Positions 33,263 to 43,178 of a DNA stretch of 64,000 nt are shown in pieces. The position numbers and the translations under genes were made by a program. The stretch's first letter is position 1; each line of letters starts with the position of its first letter. The stretch lies in assembly GCA_963739455.1 (NCBI GenBank), contig CAVUAK010000001.1, positions 1,088,001 to 1,152,000 of the forward strand. Reading direction: 5' to 3'. The notes under the pieces are model-generated. The model was not told the origin of the DNA. It did not search any database and worked only from the letters and a program-made list of their open reading frames with translations. This DNA comes from an uncultured Gemmatimonadales bacterium. Its GTDB lineage: Bacteria > Gemmatimonadota > Gemmatimonadetes > Gemmatimonadales > GWC2-71-9.

Positions 33263-33586
33263 CCGCGCGACGGACTCCGATCGGACAGGTGATTGACGCA
33301 GCTCGGCGGTTTTGCGCCACCGGAGCGCCAAAGTCCGGTAGCCCATGAATTTGACTGTTCGTCATGAACAGGGCAACGCCTTGTCGGAAAGGGTGCCCTT
33401 ACGCGACCGATATGACAAAGATTCAACCTGCACCGTACTTCTGGTTGCCCAGCAGCCAAAACGGCAGCGCGGGCCCATTCGGGGCCGCCGTTTCCGCTCA
33501 CCATGGCCATGCTGGGGGTTACCGGTCGAGAGTTCCTCGGCACCGAAGTGGTTCAGGCATAACGCCGAAGCGTGCGGCGCCAGGCA

Positions 33587-33602
33587 TGGCACATGGGGTG
33601 CA
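33587..33602 (+). promoter_or_regulatory. Sigma54-like -24/-12 promoter upstream of lon
   Basis: TGGCAC-ATGGG-GTGCA with correct GG/GC spacing, about 78 nt before the lon ATG. Confidence 0.45.
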
Positions 33603-33679
33603 CCTGTACACCCAAACTTTCTCGCGGGCGAGGTCGCCTGCGCCGCAAAGGCAGGATTCCAATGGAAGGATCGCACACA

Positions 33680-36200
33680 ATGAATGAACGCCTGACACTT
33701 CCGGTGCTTCCGCTCCGGGAGGTCGTGCTGTTTCCCGGTGTCGCCGCGCCCATCGGGGCGGGTCGTCCCGGTACGCTCAAGGCCATCGAGGCAGCGCTCA
33801 CCACACCCGAGAAGCTCGTCTTCGCGGTGTCGCAACGAGAGAACGTGGAGAACGTGAACGCGGACGTCCTCTACACCATCGGCACCGTGGCTCGGATCGG
33901 CCAGATGCAGCGTGGCCTCGCCGGTGTGCAGTTGCTCCTGCAGGGTGAGTATCGCGGCATCGCGATGCATTACTTCGAGAAGGACGGTTATCTCGCCGCC
34001 GTGGTCCGCACCGCGGAAGAGATGGCGGCGCTCAATCCGGAGGACCCGGCGTTCGTGGCGTTGCACCGCGAAGCGCGTGCACGAGCCGCCGAGCTGGGCC
34101 AGAAGTCCGGCCTTCCGGAGGAGGTCGTCCAGCAGGTATTGGGCGGGGTCAACGACCCAGGAAAGTTTGCCGACCTGGTGGCCGGCTATATCGATATCGC
34201 CCCGGCGCAGCGGCAGGGCTTGCTCGAGAGCCTCTCGGTCGAGGAGCGGTTGCGGCGCGTGCTCGTGCACCTGCAGCGACAGATCGGCGTGCTCGACGCC
34301 CAGGAGGACATCAAGTCCCGGGTGCAGGAGGAGCTGGGCGACCGGCAGCGGGAGATGTTCCTGCGTGAGCAGCTCAAGACCATCCGCAAGGAGCTGGGCG
34401 AGGACGACGACGGTTCGGACCTGGAGGAACTGCGCGAGAAGCTCGACGCGCTCGACCTGCCCGAGGATGCCCGCCGTGAAGTCGACCGCGAGTTCGGCCG
34501 TCTCGACCGCATCGGTCGTGAGTCGATGGAGTCCCAGGTGATCCGCACATACCTGGAAACCGTTGCCGAACTGCCGTGGAACACCCGCACCGAGGAACAC
34601 CTCGACCTCGCAAAGGCGTCGAAGATCCTCGATGAGGATCACTACGCGCTTGGCGACGTGAAGGACCGGGTACTGGAGTTCCTCGCGGTGCGCCAGCTCA
34701 GGCAAGAGGTAAACAGTCGGCAGTCGGCAGTCAGCAGTGAGTCGGGAACCGATGCACAGGCGGAGGAGACGCCAGCGCCGGTCGCCTCAGGATCGACTGA
34801 CGACTCACGACTGACGACTCACGACTCGACTGAGAAGCAGGCCAAGGGACCGATCCTGCTCTTTGCCGGTCCCCCGGGCGTGGGCAAGACCTCAGTGGCG
34901 AAGTCGATCGCTCGCGCGATGGGGCGGAAGTACGTGCGCATTTCGCTTGGTGGCGCGCGGGACGAGGCCGATATCCGCGGCCATCGCCGCACCTATGTCG
35001 GTGCCATGGCGGGGCGGATCATCCAGGGCATGAAGCAGGCGGGGAGCCGCAACCCGGTGTTCCTGCTCGATGAAGTCGACAAGCTCGGCGTCTCCTTCCA
35101 GGGCGATCCGGCGGCGGCGCTGCTCGAGGTGCTCGACCCGGCACAGAACGACACCTTCGTCGATCACTACCTGGGCGTTCCGTTCGACCTGAGCGAGGTG
35201 CTCTTCATCGCGACGGCGAACTTCATCCAGAACATTCCCGGACCGCTGCTCGACCGGATGGAAGTGGCGGAGTTCGTCGGGCTACACCGAAGGCGAGAAG
35301 CGCGAGATTGCCCGGAAGTACCTCATTCCGCGCCAGCTCACGGAGAACGGCCTCGATGCAGCACAGATCGAGATCACCGACCCGGCGCTCAGCCACGTGA
35401 TCACGGCGTACACGCGGGAATCCGGTGTGCGGCAGCTCGAGCGCGAGCTCGGCAAGCTCGCGCGGAAGGTGGCGCGCAAGATCGCGGCGAAGGAAGTGGA
35501 GCGTGTCTCGGTCGACGCCGACCTCGTCACCGCCCTGCTCGGTCGGCCACGCGTGCATCCCGAGAAGGCGATGCGCACCGACCAGGTGGGTGTTGCCACC
35601 GGCATGTACTACACGCCGGCCGGCGGCGACATCATGTTCGTCGAGGCATCCACCATGCGCGGCAAGGGCGAGCTGGTGCTCACCGGCCAGCTGGGTGACG
35701 TGATGAAGGAGTCAGCGCGCGCGGCATGGACCTATGCACGGTCGCACTCGGCCGGGCTGCGCATCCCCGACGACATGTTCGACCGGGACGTGCACATCCA
35801 CGTGCCGGCCGGTGCCATCCCCAAGGATGGTCCGTCGGCGGGCGTCACCATGGCGTCCGCACTTATCTCGGCGCTCTCGGGCCGGCCGGTGCGGCATGAC
35901 ATCGCGATGACGGGTGAGATCACGCTTCGCGGGCACGTCCTGCCGATCGGTGGCGTAAAGGAAAAGGTGCTCGGCGCGCTCCGCGCCGGCATCACGGAAG
36001 TGATCCTGCCCAAGGAGAACGAGGCCGATCTCGAGGACCTTCCCGAGGAGGCACGCAAGCGGATCAAGGTGTATCTCGTGGAGGAACTGGGCGAAGTGCT
36101 CGCGCTGACGTTGCGTGGCGCGAGCTTCCGCGAGGGACGGCTGCTGTTCGGGGAGGAAAAGCCGGGTGACGTCGCCCCGCTGGCGGCGTATCACCACTAG
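33680..36200 (+). CDS. lon: ATP-dependent Lon protease; frameshift near 35280
   Basis: LPLREVVLFP, GPPGVGKTS, LLDEVDK, YTRESGVR, PKDGPSAG and GGVKEK motifs. Confidence 0.96.
34714..34833. repeat. Inverted heptamer tandem arrays inside lon
   Basis: CAGTCGG-type units at 34714-34744 and complementary CGACT(G/C)A units at 34794-34833. Confidence 0.65.
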
Positions 36201-36294
36201 GACTTGAGGACTTGAAGGCGTGAGGGCTTGAGGTAGTTCACCTCAAGCCCTCATTCCTTTCCGCCACTTCAAGTCCTCACGCCCTCAAGTCCTA
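36198..36294. repeat. Inverted octamer-repeat hairpin element between convergent lon and DGC
   Basis: TAGGACTTGAGG...CCTCAAGTCCTA termini; internal GGACTTGA/GGGCTTGA units and inner stem TGAGGGCTTGAGGT/ACCTCAAGCCCTCA. Confidence 0.75.
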
Positions 36295-37917
36295 CGCATG
36301 TCCCGTCTGCGGTATCTCGGCGAACACGACCCGGTCCCGGCCCTCGGTCTTCGCGAGGTGCAGCGCCTTGTCGGCGGCGTGGCCGATCTCGAACGCCGTC
36401 TCGCCGTGGTGCAGGTACACGGCACCACCGACACTCACCGTCACCGGGATGACGCTGCCATCGCGCGTCTCGGCGGGCTGTGCCGCGATGATCTCCTGGA
36501 TCTTGTGCGCCACGTGGGCCGCGCCCTCGGGGGTACAGCCGCGCAGGATGAGGCCGAATTCCTCGCCACCGTAGCGACCGACGAGGTCGCTGGCCCGCAC
36601 GTGTGAGCGCATCAGGCTGCCGATGTGCACCAGTACCTGGTCGCCCACGAGGTGGCCGTAACGGTCATTGACCCGCCGGAAATGATCGACATCCACGATC
36701 AGCAGCGCGAACCCGCTGCCCGTCCGCCGGGAGAACTCCACGGCGATCTCCAGTTCGGCGAGCAGCGTGGCGTGATTGAGCAGCCCGGTGAGGCCGTCGC
36801 GGTGCACCAGCTCGCGCAACTGGCGCCCTCGCTCGGCGCGGGACACCACGAGCTGCAGCAGCAATGACTCATCCACCGGATGCGCCAGGAAGTCGTCGGC
36901 GCCAGCGCGAAGCGCCGCGATCTTGTCGGCGATGCCACCCGCCGGTCCCACCAGCACAAGCGGCACCAGGTGGAAGCGCGGGTCCTGGCGAAGCAGCTTG
37001 GCGAAGGTGACGCCATCGGCATCGGGCAGCGCCTCGGCGAGAAGCACGAGGTCGGGCACTTCGGCATCGAAGAGGTCCTGCGCCTCGGACGCGTCGCGCG
37101 CCTGTACCACCCGGACACCGGCCTGCATCAGGTATGCGGCATAGGCATCGGCAACGGGATCAGCGTCGACGATCACCACGCGCGCCGGCGGTGCTCCCAC
37201 GCGCGCCATCAGGCGCGCGAAGCGGGGGAGCTCGGAGTCCACCTGTTCGGCGATGTAGATCTGGTCGGCGCCGGAAGCCACGGCGCGCATGCGATCGACA
37301 GGAGATGCCGCCTCGATGAGGACAACGGCGCGAGGGCGCGCGAGCCGGCTGGATGTCCACGCTGCGATGGTGGCGTAGGGATCCTGCACCGCGTCCTCCG
37401 CCGAGATGACCACGAGGTCGGGGCGGGTAGAGGGCGAGGTGGTTTCCGGTTCGCCCGGATCACCGAGATGCACGTCGAAGCCGGCCGACCAGAGGGCGCG
37501 GATGGTACGCTCCCGCAGCAGCCCCGACTCGACCACCACCAGCGCGCGCCAGCCGAATTCTGCCTGACGCGGTGTCTCCCGGACGCCCACGGGCTGGAGC
37601 GACTGTCCCGCCGCATCGACGGCGCGGCTCAGCAGCGCGAGGCTTCCCTGGAGATGGTCGGCGCTTTCGGCCGACTGTGCCGGTGTTTCGGCGAGCCAGT
37701 TCTCGATCTCGCGCGCCAGCGCCGAGATTTCCGGCAGGCCATGCGCCGCCGCCGCACCGGCGAGCTTATGGATACGGGAGCGGAGCCACTCCGCCGCCTG
37801 GCTCTCGCCGGCGCGGAACGCCTCTGCTTCCTTGCGAAGCTCGGCGAGTCGCGCCGGTGCTTCCGTGAGGTAGCTCTGCCGGAGGGCCCGGTAGACGCGC
37901 TCGGTTTCCGCGTTCAT
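36292..37917 (-). CDS. Diguanylate cyclase with Hpt, two receiver-like domains and GGEEF
   Basis: IHKLAGAA (Hpt), two REC-like units, DGLTGLLN, NDRYGHLVGD, RASD I-site and RYGGEEF. Confidence 0.9.
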   Translation of the reverse strand: MNAETERVYRALRQSYLTEAPARLAELRKEAEAFRAGESQAAEWLRSRIHKLAGAAAAHGLPEISALAREIENWLAETPAQSAESADHLQGSLALLSRAVDAAGQSLQPVGVRETPRQAEFGWRALVVVESGLLRERTIRALWSAGFDVHLGDPGEPETTSPSTRPDLVVISAEDAVQDPYATIAAWTSSRLARPRAVVLIEAASPVDRMRAVASGADQIYIAEQVDSELPRFARLMARVGAPPARVVIVDADPVADAYAAYLMQAGVRVVQARDASEAQDLFDAEVPDLVLLAEALPDADGVTFAKLLRQDPRFHLVPLVLVGPAGGIADKIAALRAGADDFLAHPVDESLLLQLVVSRAERGRQLRELVHRDGLTGLLNHATLLAELEIAVEFSRRTGSGFALLIVDVDHFRRVNDRYGHLVGDQVLVHIGSLMRSHVRASDLVGRYGGEEFGLILRGCTPEGAAHVAHKIQEIIAAQPAETRDGSVIPVTVSVGGAVYLHHGETAFEIGHAADKALHLAKTEGRDRVVFAEIPQTGHA

Positions 37918-38597
37918 GCCGACCTCCCCAGCACGTCGATCGCCAGCCGCGCAGACGCCACGAACGCAGGCGCGGTGCCCCAGTGCCCGGTCACGTCAGC
38001 GCCCTGTCGCGTCGCGAGCAATGCGGCGCGGCCATCGACCACGCAAATGAGCGGAACTCCGGGCCATGCCTCGGGCGCCCGCAGTTCGACGACCGTTGCG
38101 AAGGAAAGCTCAACCGGACCCACCGAGTGAAGGCGGACATCGAGTCCCGCCAGCACCGGGCGACGAAGGGCAGGACCGAGGAGTGGAAATGCCTCTGCGG
38201 GGGCGAGGAGGTCGACCGATGCCGCCGCGCGAGCTACGTCGTGCTGGATCAGTTGAAGGGCTCCGCGACTCGATGTGATCTCGACCAGCGTGGGCGTTGG
38301 AGGGGCGGCAAGCGCCTCGAGTTCCGTGGTGAGTCGACTGAGTGCCTGGCCGTGGTCACTCGCAATCCTGGCCAGAAGGGCGGCGGGAGGTTCGGGTCGG
38401 TAGCGCTTGGGACGGCCCGACTCGACGCGAGCCGCTCCCTTCCCAGCAAGTCCCTCGAGCGCGCTGTAGGCGTTGGCCCGCGCAAGACCGGCAGCACGGG
38501 CAATTGCGTAGCCGGTGCCGGGGCCGTCCCTCAGCAGGACCTTGTAGACCACACCTTCGGTGGGCGTGAAGCCGAAGGGCGTGAGATCGAGTGGCAT
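37914..38597 (-). CDS. TrmB family transcriptional regulator
   Basis: FGFTPTEGVVY..LL..GPGTGYAIAR..GLARANAYSAL..L..KG wHTH. Confidence 0.85.
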   Translation of the reverse strand: MPLDLTPFGFTPTEGVVYKVLLRDGPGTGYAIARAAGLARANAYSALEGLAGKGAARVESGRPKRYRPEPPAALLARIASDHGQALSRLTTELEALAAPPTPTLVEITSSRGALQLIQHDVARAAASVDLLAPAEAFPLLGPALRRPVLAGLDVRLHSVGPVELSFATVVELRAPEAWPGVPLICVVDGRAALLATRQGADVTGHWGTAPAFVASARLAIDVLGRSA

Positions 38598-38655
38598 GGA
38601 GCGTAGTATGCCATGCTACCCCTAAAGCCGCAATGTCGCGTGCCACGCGGGACCG

Positions 38656-39763
38656 CTAAGCGTACGTGATTTCCCAGCCCAGCAGCTTGGCGATGACTGC
38701 CACCCGGAAGGTGACGTCGACCGCGCGGCTCTCGGCCGACTTTTCGTCGGTCTGGAGCGGGTACCAGTGGTACGTGATCTTGTTCAGCGCCTTGGGCATG
38801 CTGCGGAGGCCCTTCGGCGACCAGACACCCTGCTCGTCGAAGTCCTTCATGAGGCGCGCGAGCACCTTGGTGGCGACGGGCGCCCACTGCAGGGCTCCCA
38901 TGCGCGCCAGCATCTCGATGTAGTGCAAGGCAAGCGGCAGGTCCTTGGCGACGCCCTTCGAGTCGGCCTCGATCGGGTCGCCCAGCAGCAAGTGCTGCGG
39001 CTTGAGCGACTTCTTGCCGAGGACGACGACGAAATCCTTCTTCGGGGCTGGCTGCGCCAGGTAGTGCCCGAGCCGCTCCGTGAAGCCGGCCCGCTCCCGC
39101 TGGAGGCTGGGCATCTGCGCGATCATGGCGACGGAATACCAGGTCGGTGGATGCGCCTCAGGATTCAGTGCCGTGTGCTTTGCCGTCTTCACGAAGGGCT
39201 TCTCGGCGAGCGGACTGCGCAGGAACGCCGAGACCGCGTTGGCGATCTTGTGCGCTGCCCCGCGGAGTCGCGGGTCCTCGTGATGACCGGCCTCGGCCAG
39301 CGCGGCGGCGGCTGCCTCACGGAAGGCCTCGCGGATGAACGGCACCACCGCCGGTTCCGTCGACGATGCCTTGGCAAACTCGAACAGCAGCGCCGGATCC
39401 TCGTCGCGCGACAGCAGCCGGAAGAGCACCCGGTCGGAGAGCTTGAAGGGTCGCGATCCATGCGGCCAGCCGATCTGCAGCAGCCGCCGGTACTGGGGGA
39501 TGGTGCCGACTTCCTTGATTCCGTCCTTCACCGACGGCGCCAGCCCGAGAAGGTTGCCGCCCCAGATGCCGGTGTCCTTCTGCTTCTTGATCAGCGCGGC
39601 AGCCGGATTTTGATTCCACCACCGCTTGCTGGGCCGCTGCGATGGCCTCAGGCGTGGCGGAACCGGCCGGGGAGAGCTCGGTGAGGGTGCGGTAGCGGAT
39701 CGCCTCACTGCCGTGCTCCAGGAGCCAGGCAAGAGGTATCCGGTGTGTGCTGGGAAGTTCCAA
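38656..39763 (-). CDS. Hypothetical alpha-helical protein (terpene cyclase/prenyltransferase-like repeats possible); frameshift near 39610
   Basis: GGAG RBS and TTG at 39763; WLLEHG..IRYR, QKDTGIWGG and FDEQGVW (QW-like) motifs. Confidence 0.65.
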
Positions 39764-39910
39764 GTCGGCTCCTGGCCGAAATTGACGCAGGGAGTGCGAA
39801 GCGGGCGCGAATATAAGGGCGGCGCACGCCGGTGACAATCGCGGGCTGACCGGCGCCCGCCGTCCACATTCATAAGCCTCTGAGTCATAATGGCTTACGC
39901 AAAAACACAA

Positions 39911-39936
39911 AACGGGAGCCCTATCGGGCTCCCGTT
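39911..39936 (-). terminator. Intrinsic terminator after cytochrome c
   Basis: AACGGGAGCCC-TATC-GGGCTCCCGTT, with T-runs following on the minus strand. Confidence 0.75.
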
Positions 39937-39957
39937 CAGGTACATGCAGACCCTGGC

Positions 39958-40350
39958 TCAGGTCGGGTGGCTAAGCGACCAAACGTAGGCGGCGACAGCC
40001 TTCACGTCGTCTTCGCTGATCTGGGAGCCGCCCTTGGCCGGCATGGCGCCCTTGCCGAGCTTGGTCTCGGCGACCGGAATGCCAGTGGTGACGATCTGGA
40101 CGATCTCGGGATAGGTCCCCTTGCCATGAAGCCAGGTCGTGTCGGTCAGGTTCGGACCCACCATGCCCTTGGCGTCGGCGCCGTGGCAGGCGAAGCAGAG
40201 TCCGGTGCTGGTGAAAATCGTCTTGCCCTTGGCGATCATGGCGGGCGTGACGCCAGCGGGAAGGGCAGCGGCGGCCTGAGCCGTCGCGGGCGCTGCGGCC
40301 ATACAGCTCGCCGCAACTACAAGCAATCCAAGTCGGGTACGCATCTCCAT
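39958..40350 (-). CDS. Monoheme cytochrome c, exported
   Basis: Signal peptide, CFACH, GPNLTD..WLHG, MPAKGG and VAAYVWSLS; AGGAG RBS. Confidence 0.9.
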   Translation of the reverse strand: MEMRTRLGLLVVAASCMAAAPATAQAAAALPAGVTPAMIAKGKTIFTSTGLCFACHGADAKGMVGPNLTDTTWLHGKGTYPEIVQIVTTGIPVAETKLGKGAMPAKGGSQISEDDVKAVAAYVWSLSHPT

Positions 40351-40453
40351 TTTACTGCTCCTGAGTAAGCGTCTTGTCGCTGCTGGCTGCCGGTGCCACA
40401 TGAGCTCCTCGGGAATAGTACGGACCCCATCGTCCCGCCGCCACCGGAGCAGC

Positions 40454-41675
40454 TCAGCGGGTCGCATCCACCGTGCCGTCGGATAACCCCGCCATGGCAA
40501 TGGGTACCGGCCGGCGTTCGGGGGTGATCTGTCCGCGCTCATAGACGCTACGGGGGTTCCAGAGCACCCAACTGGTGACACCGAGCTCCTCGGCCGCCCT
40601 GATCTGTGCCCGGACGTGTTCAGGGCCATAGCGGGGCGCGCCCAGCGTGAAGGCCTGCAGGTAGGGCCGGATCTCGGCGGTAGTGCCGCCGAGCTTCTGG
40701 GAGCGGCGGATGCCGTCCTGAAGGGCGCGACGAATGACGCCGTACGGTTCAGCATTCGGCTGGGCAAATCCGTATTCACCCCGGTTGTAGTGACTGGGGT
40801 AGACCATCGGGAGGACGGCGTCGGCCTTGGAGACGAGGTCTTCCCATACCTGGCCGATGCCCATGTCGCCGGTGGCGCTGGTGGTGAGGCCGAACACATC
40901 GATCGTGAACGGCACACCGAGCGCGCGCGTGCGCTGCTGCAGGATGGCGAGACCGTCGGCCACGCCCTGCCGCGTCGATTCCTGCGGGCGCCGCGCGGCA
41001 AACAAGGCGGTGGCCCGTCGTGACGGCGGCTCATCGGGAAAGCGCACGTAGTCGTACTGGATCTCGGCGAAGCCGAGCGACACCGCTTCCGCTGCGAGCT
41101 GGGCGGCGTAGATCCACACCGAGTCCTGGAAGGCGTCGACCCAGGCGAAGCCCTTCCGGTCGTGCCACAGGCCGCCTGCCGGTGTGCCGGATGGCCCACT
41201 CCGGCTTGCGCGCGGCGAGCAGCGGATCCTTCGCCACCACGATGCGCGCGATGGGGTGGATGCCGCGGGCCTGGAGGCGAGCCAGCCGGACGCGAACATC
41301 GCGCGCGCGCAGCTGGGTGTTGGCGCCGATGGCCCGCGCGGTGGGGACTTCCGACCGGTAGGTCAGGTATCCGGTGTCGTCCTTGACGTCGATGACGAAG
41401 CTGTTGACCTCGGTGCCGGCCGCCAGGTCGAGCAGTTGCTCGAGGCGCATGCCGCCGAAGGCCCATGCGTTCACGTAGAGCGCCCGCACCGGATGTGGCG
41501 GGGGCGACAGCGGCGATGCCGGCCACCGGACGGTGTCGGGATCGAACATGGGCAGCGTCAGCGGATGCGTTGGCGAAGCCAGTTCATCCCGCCAGTGTGC
41601 AGGAAGCTGCGCTGCAGCGGGAGGTGCAAGGAGCAGCGTGAGCAGGATCGAGGCGGCGGCGTGTCGGCGTAGCAT
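40454..41675 (-). CDS. Putative glycoside hydrolase (DUF4015-like), exported; frameshift near 41180
   Basis: VRALYVNAW, VIDVKDDTG, ARIVVAKD, EIQYDYVRFPD, PMVYPSHY, RPYLQAF and LWNP motifs. Confidence 0.85.
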
Positions 41676-41848
41676 CGGCGAATCTCCCGGGCTGTGGCAG
41701 CTTCCAAGGCTCGATGAGCCGGTGAAGCGCTGCTTCCGGGAACAAGGGCAATCAGGAGACCGTCCGTGCTGGTGGCGGGTGTCATGATTGCTTACGATTC
41801 GCGGCGTCCGCCCAGTTTGATGGCACCTGCCTTCCAGAGTGAGGATTC

Positions 41849-42076
41849 ATGCGCGCCACGATCCACTACTGCGTCGTTTGAAACTATGAACCACGAGCCA
41901 CCGGTCTGGTGGCTGAGCTGCAGGAGGCATTTCCCGGCATCGAGACGAAGCTGATTCCCAGCAGTGGCGGCATCTTCGACGTGACGGTGGACGGGACGCT
42001 CATCTTCTCGAAGCGGGCCCTTGGCCGGCACGCGAAGCCAGGGGAAATCGTGAACCTGCTCAGGGGAGTTACCTAG
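41849..42076 (+). CDS. Rdx family (SelW/SelT/SelH-like) selenoprotein; UGA at 41879-41881 read as Sec
   Basis: GAGG RBS; manual translation MRATIHYCVV-U-NYEPRATGLVAELQEAFPGIETKLIPSSGGIFDVTVDGTLIFSKRALGRHAKPGEIVNLLRGVT* (75 aa) shows CxxU and the G.FDV.VDG..IFSK motif. Confidence 0.9.
41882..41914 (+). promoter_or_regulatory. Bacterial SECIS-like hairpin
   Basis: AGCCACC-GGTCT-GGTGGCT stem-loop (41896-41914) starting 14 nt after the UGA, with G at the start of the loop. Confidence 0.7.
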
Positions 42077-42098
42077 GAGAGGAGCCGGACCGGCACGA

Positions 42099-43178
42099 AT
42101 GCGCATCGCCGTCAATACCGGTGGCGGCGACGCCCCCGGACTCAACGCCGTCATCCGCGCGGTCGTGCTCGCCGCACATCACCGCGGCTGGCAGGTGTAC
42201 GGAATCCAGCGCGGCTACGAGGGGCTGCTCACGTTCAACGGGGTGGTGCGCCTCGCGCCCGAGAACGTCCGCGGCATCGTCCATCTCGGTGGCACCATCC
42301 TCGGCACCACCAACCAGGGCAATCCATTCCGCTACGTGGTGACCGACCCCGACGGAACCCGCCGGGAGGTCGACCGCTCGGACGAGCTCATCGCCGCGTT
42401 CCGGGCGAGCGGGCTCGACGCGCTCATCGCGATCGGCGGTGACGGCAGCATGCAGATCGCCTGGGACCTGGCCCGCAAGGGACTGCCGGTGGTGTGCGTG
42501 CCCAAGACGATCGACAACGATGTCGAGTGCACCCAGCAGACCTTCGGCTTCGACACCGCCGTGAGCACGGCGACCGAGGCCATCGACAAGCTGCACTCCA
42601 CGGCCGAGAGTCACCAGCGCGTCATGGTGGTCGAGCTGATGGGTCGAAACGCGGGCTGGATCGCGCTGCACAGCGGGATCTCCGGCACCGCGGACGTCAT
42701 CCTGATTCCCGAGATCCCGTTCGACATCGAGAAGGTGTGCGAGGCGATCCGCGCGCGCGATGCGGCGGGAAAGCACTTCAGCATCGTGGTGGTGGCGGAG
42801 GGTGCGCGCCCGGTCGGCGGCGAGATATCGCTGCTCGAGCGCCGGGGCGCCGGAACGGTGGACCGGATCGGTGGCGTCGGCAGCCGGGTGGCCCAGATGA
42901 TCACCGAGCGAATGGACAAGGAGGTTCGCTCCATCGTGCTCGGGCACCTGCAGCGCGGCGGCTCGCCCACCACCTTCGACCGGTTGCTCGGACTGCGCTT
43001 CGGTGGTGCGGCGGTGCGGGCGGTGGCCGATGGCGCCTTCGGCACGATGCTGGGCCTGGCCGGGACGTCGATCGTCAGGGTACCGCTGGCCGATGCGGTG
43101 GGGCGGCAGAAGGTGGTGCCGCTCGACTCGGACATCGTCGTGACGGCCCGCGAGCAGGGCATCAGCCTTGGGGACTAG
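42099..43178 (+). CDS. pfkA: 6-phosphofructokinase
   Basis: TGGGDAPGLN, GGTILGT, IGGDGS, PKTIDND, ELMGRNAG and LGHLQRGG motifs. Confidence 0.95.
   Translation: MRIAVNTGGGDAPGLNAVIRAVVLAAHHRGWQVYGIQRGYEGLLTFNGVVRLAPENVRGIVHLGGTILGTTNQGNPFRYVVTDPDGTRREVDRSDELIAAFRASGLDALIAIGGDGSMQIAWDLARKGLPVVCVPKTIDNDVECTQQTFGFDTAVSTATEAIDKLHSTAESHQRVMVVELMGRNAGWIALHSGISGTADVILIPEIPFDIEKVCEAIRARDAAGKHFSIVVVAEGARPVGGEISLLERRGAGTVDRIGGVGSRVAQMITERMDKEVRSIVLGHLQRGGSPTTFDRLLGLRFGGAAVRAVADGAFGTMLGLAGTSIVRVPLADAVGRQKVVPLDSDIVVTAREQGISLGD

Noticed and set aside
38628..38646. Sigma54-like TGGCAC...TTGC upstream of trmB, and a similar site near 51976-51991
   Set aside because: The GG-to-GC spacing is off by one base in both, which sigma54 does not tolerate.
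39958..41526. 522-aa ORF ending in cytochrome c
   Set aside because: The upstream part is an off-frame reading of the glycoside hydrolase gene. The cytochrome has its own RBS, start (40350) and signal peptide.
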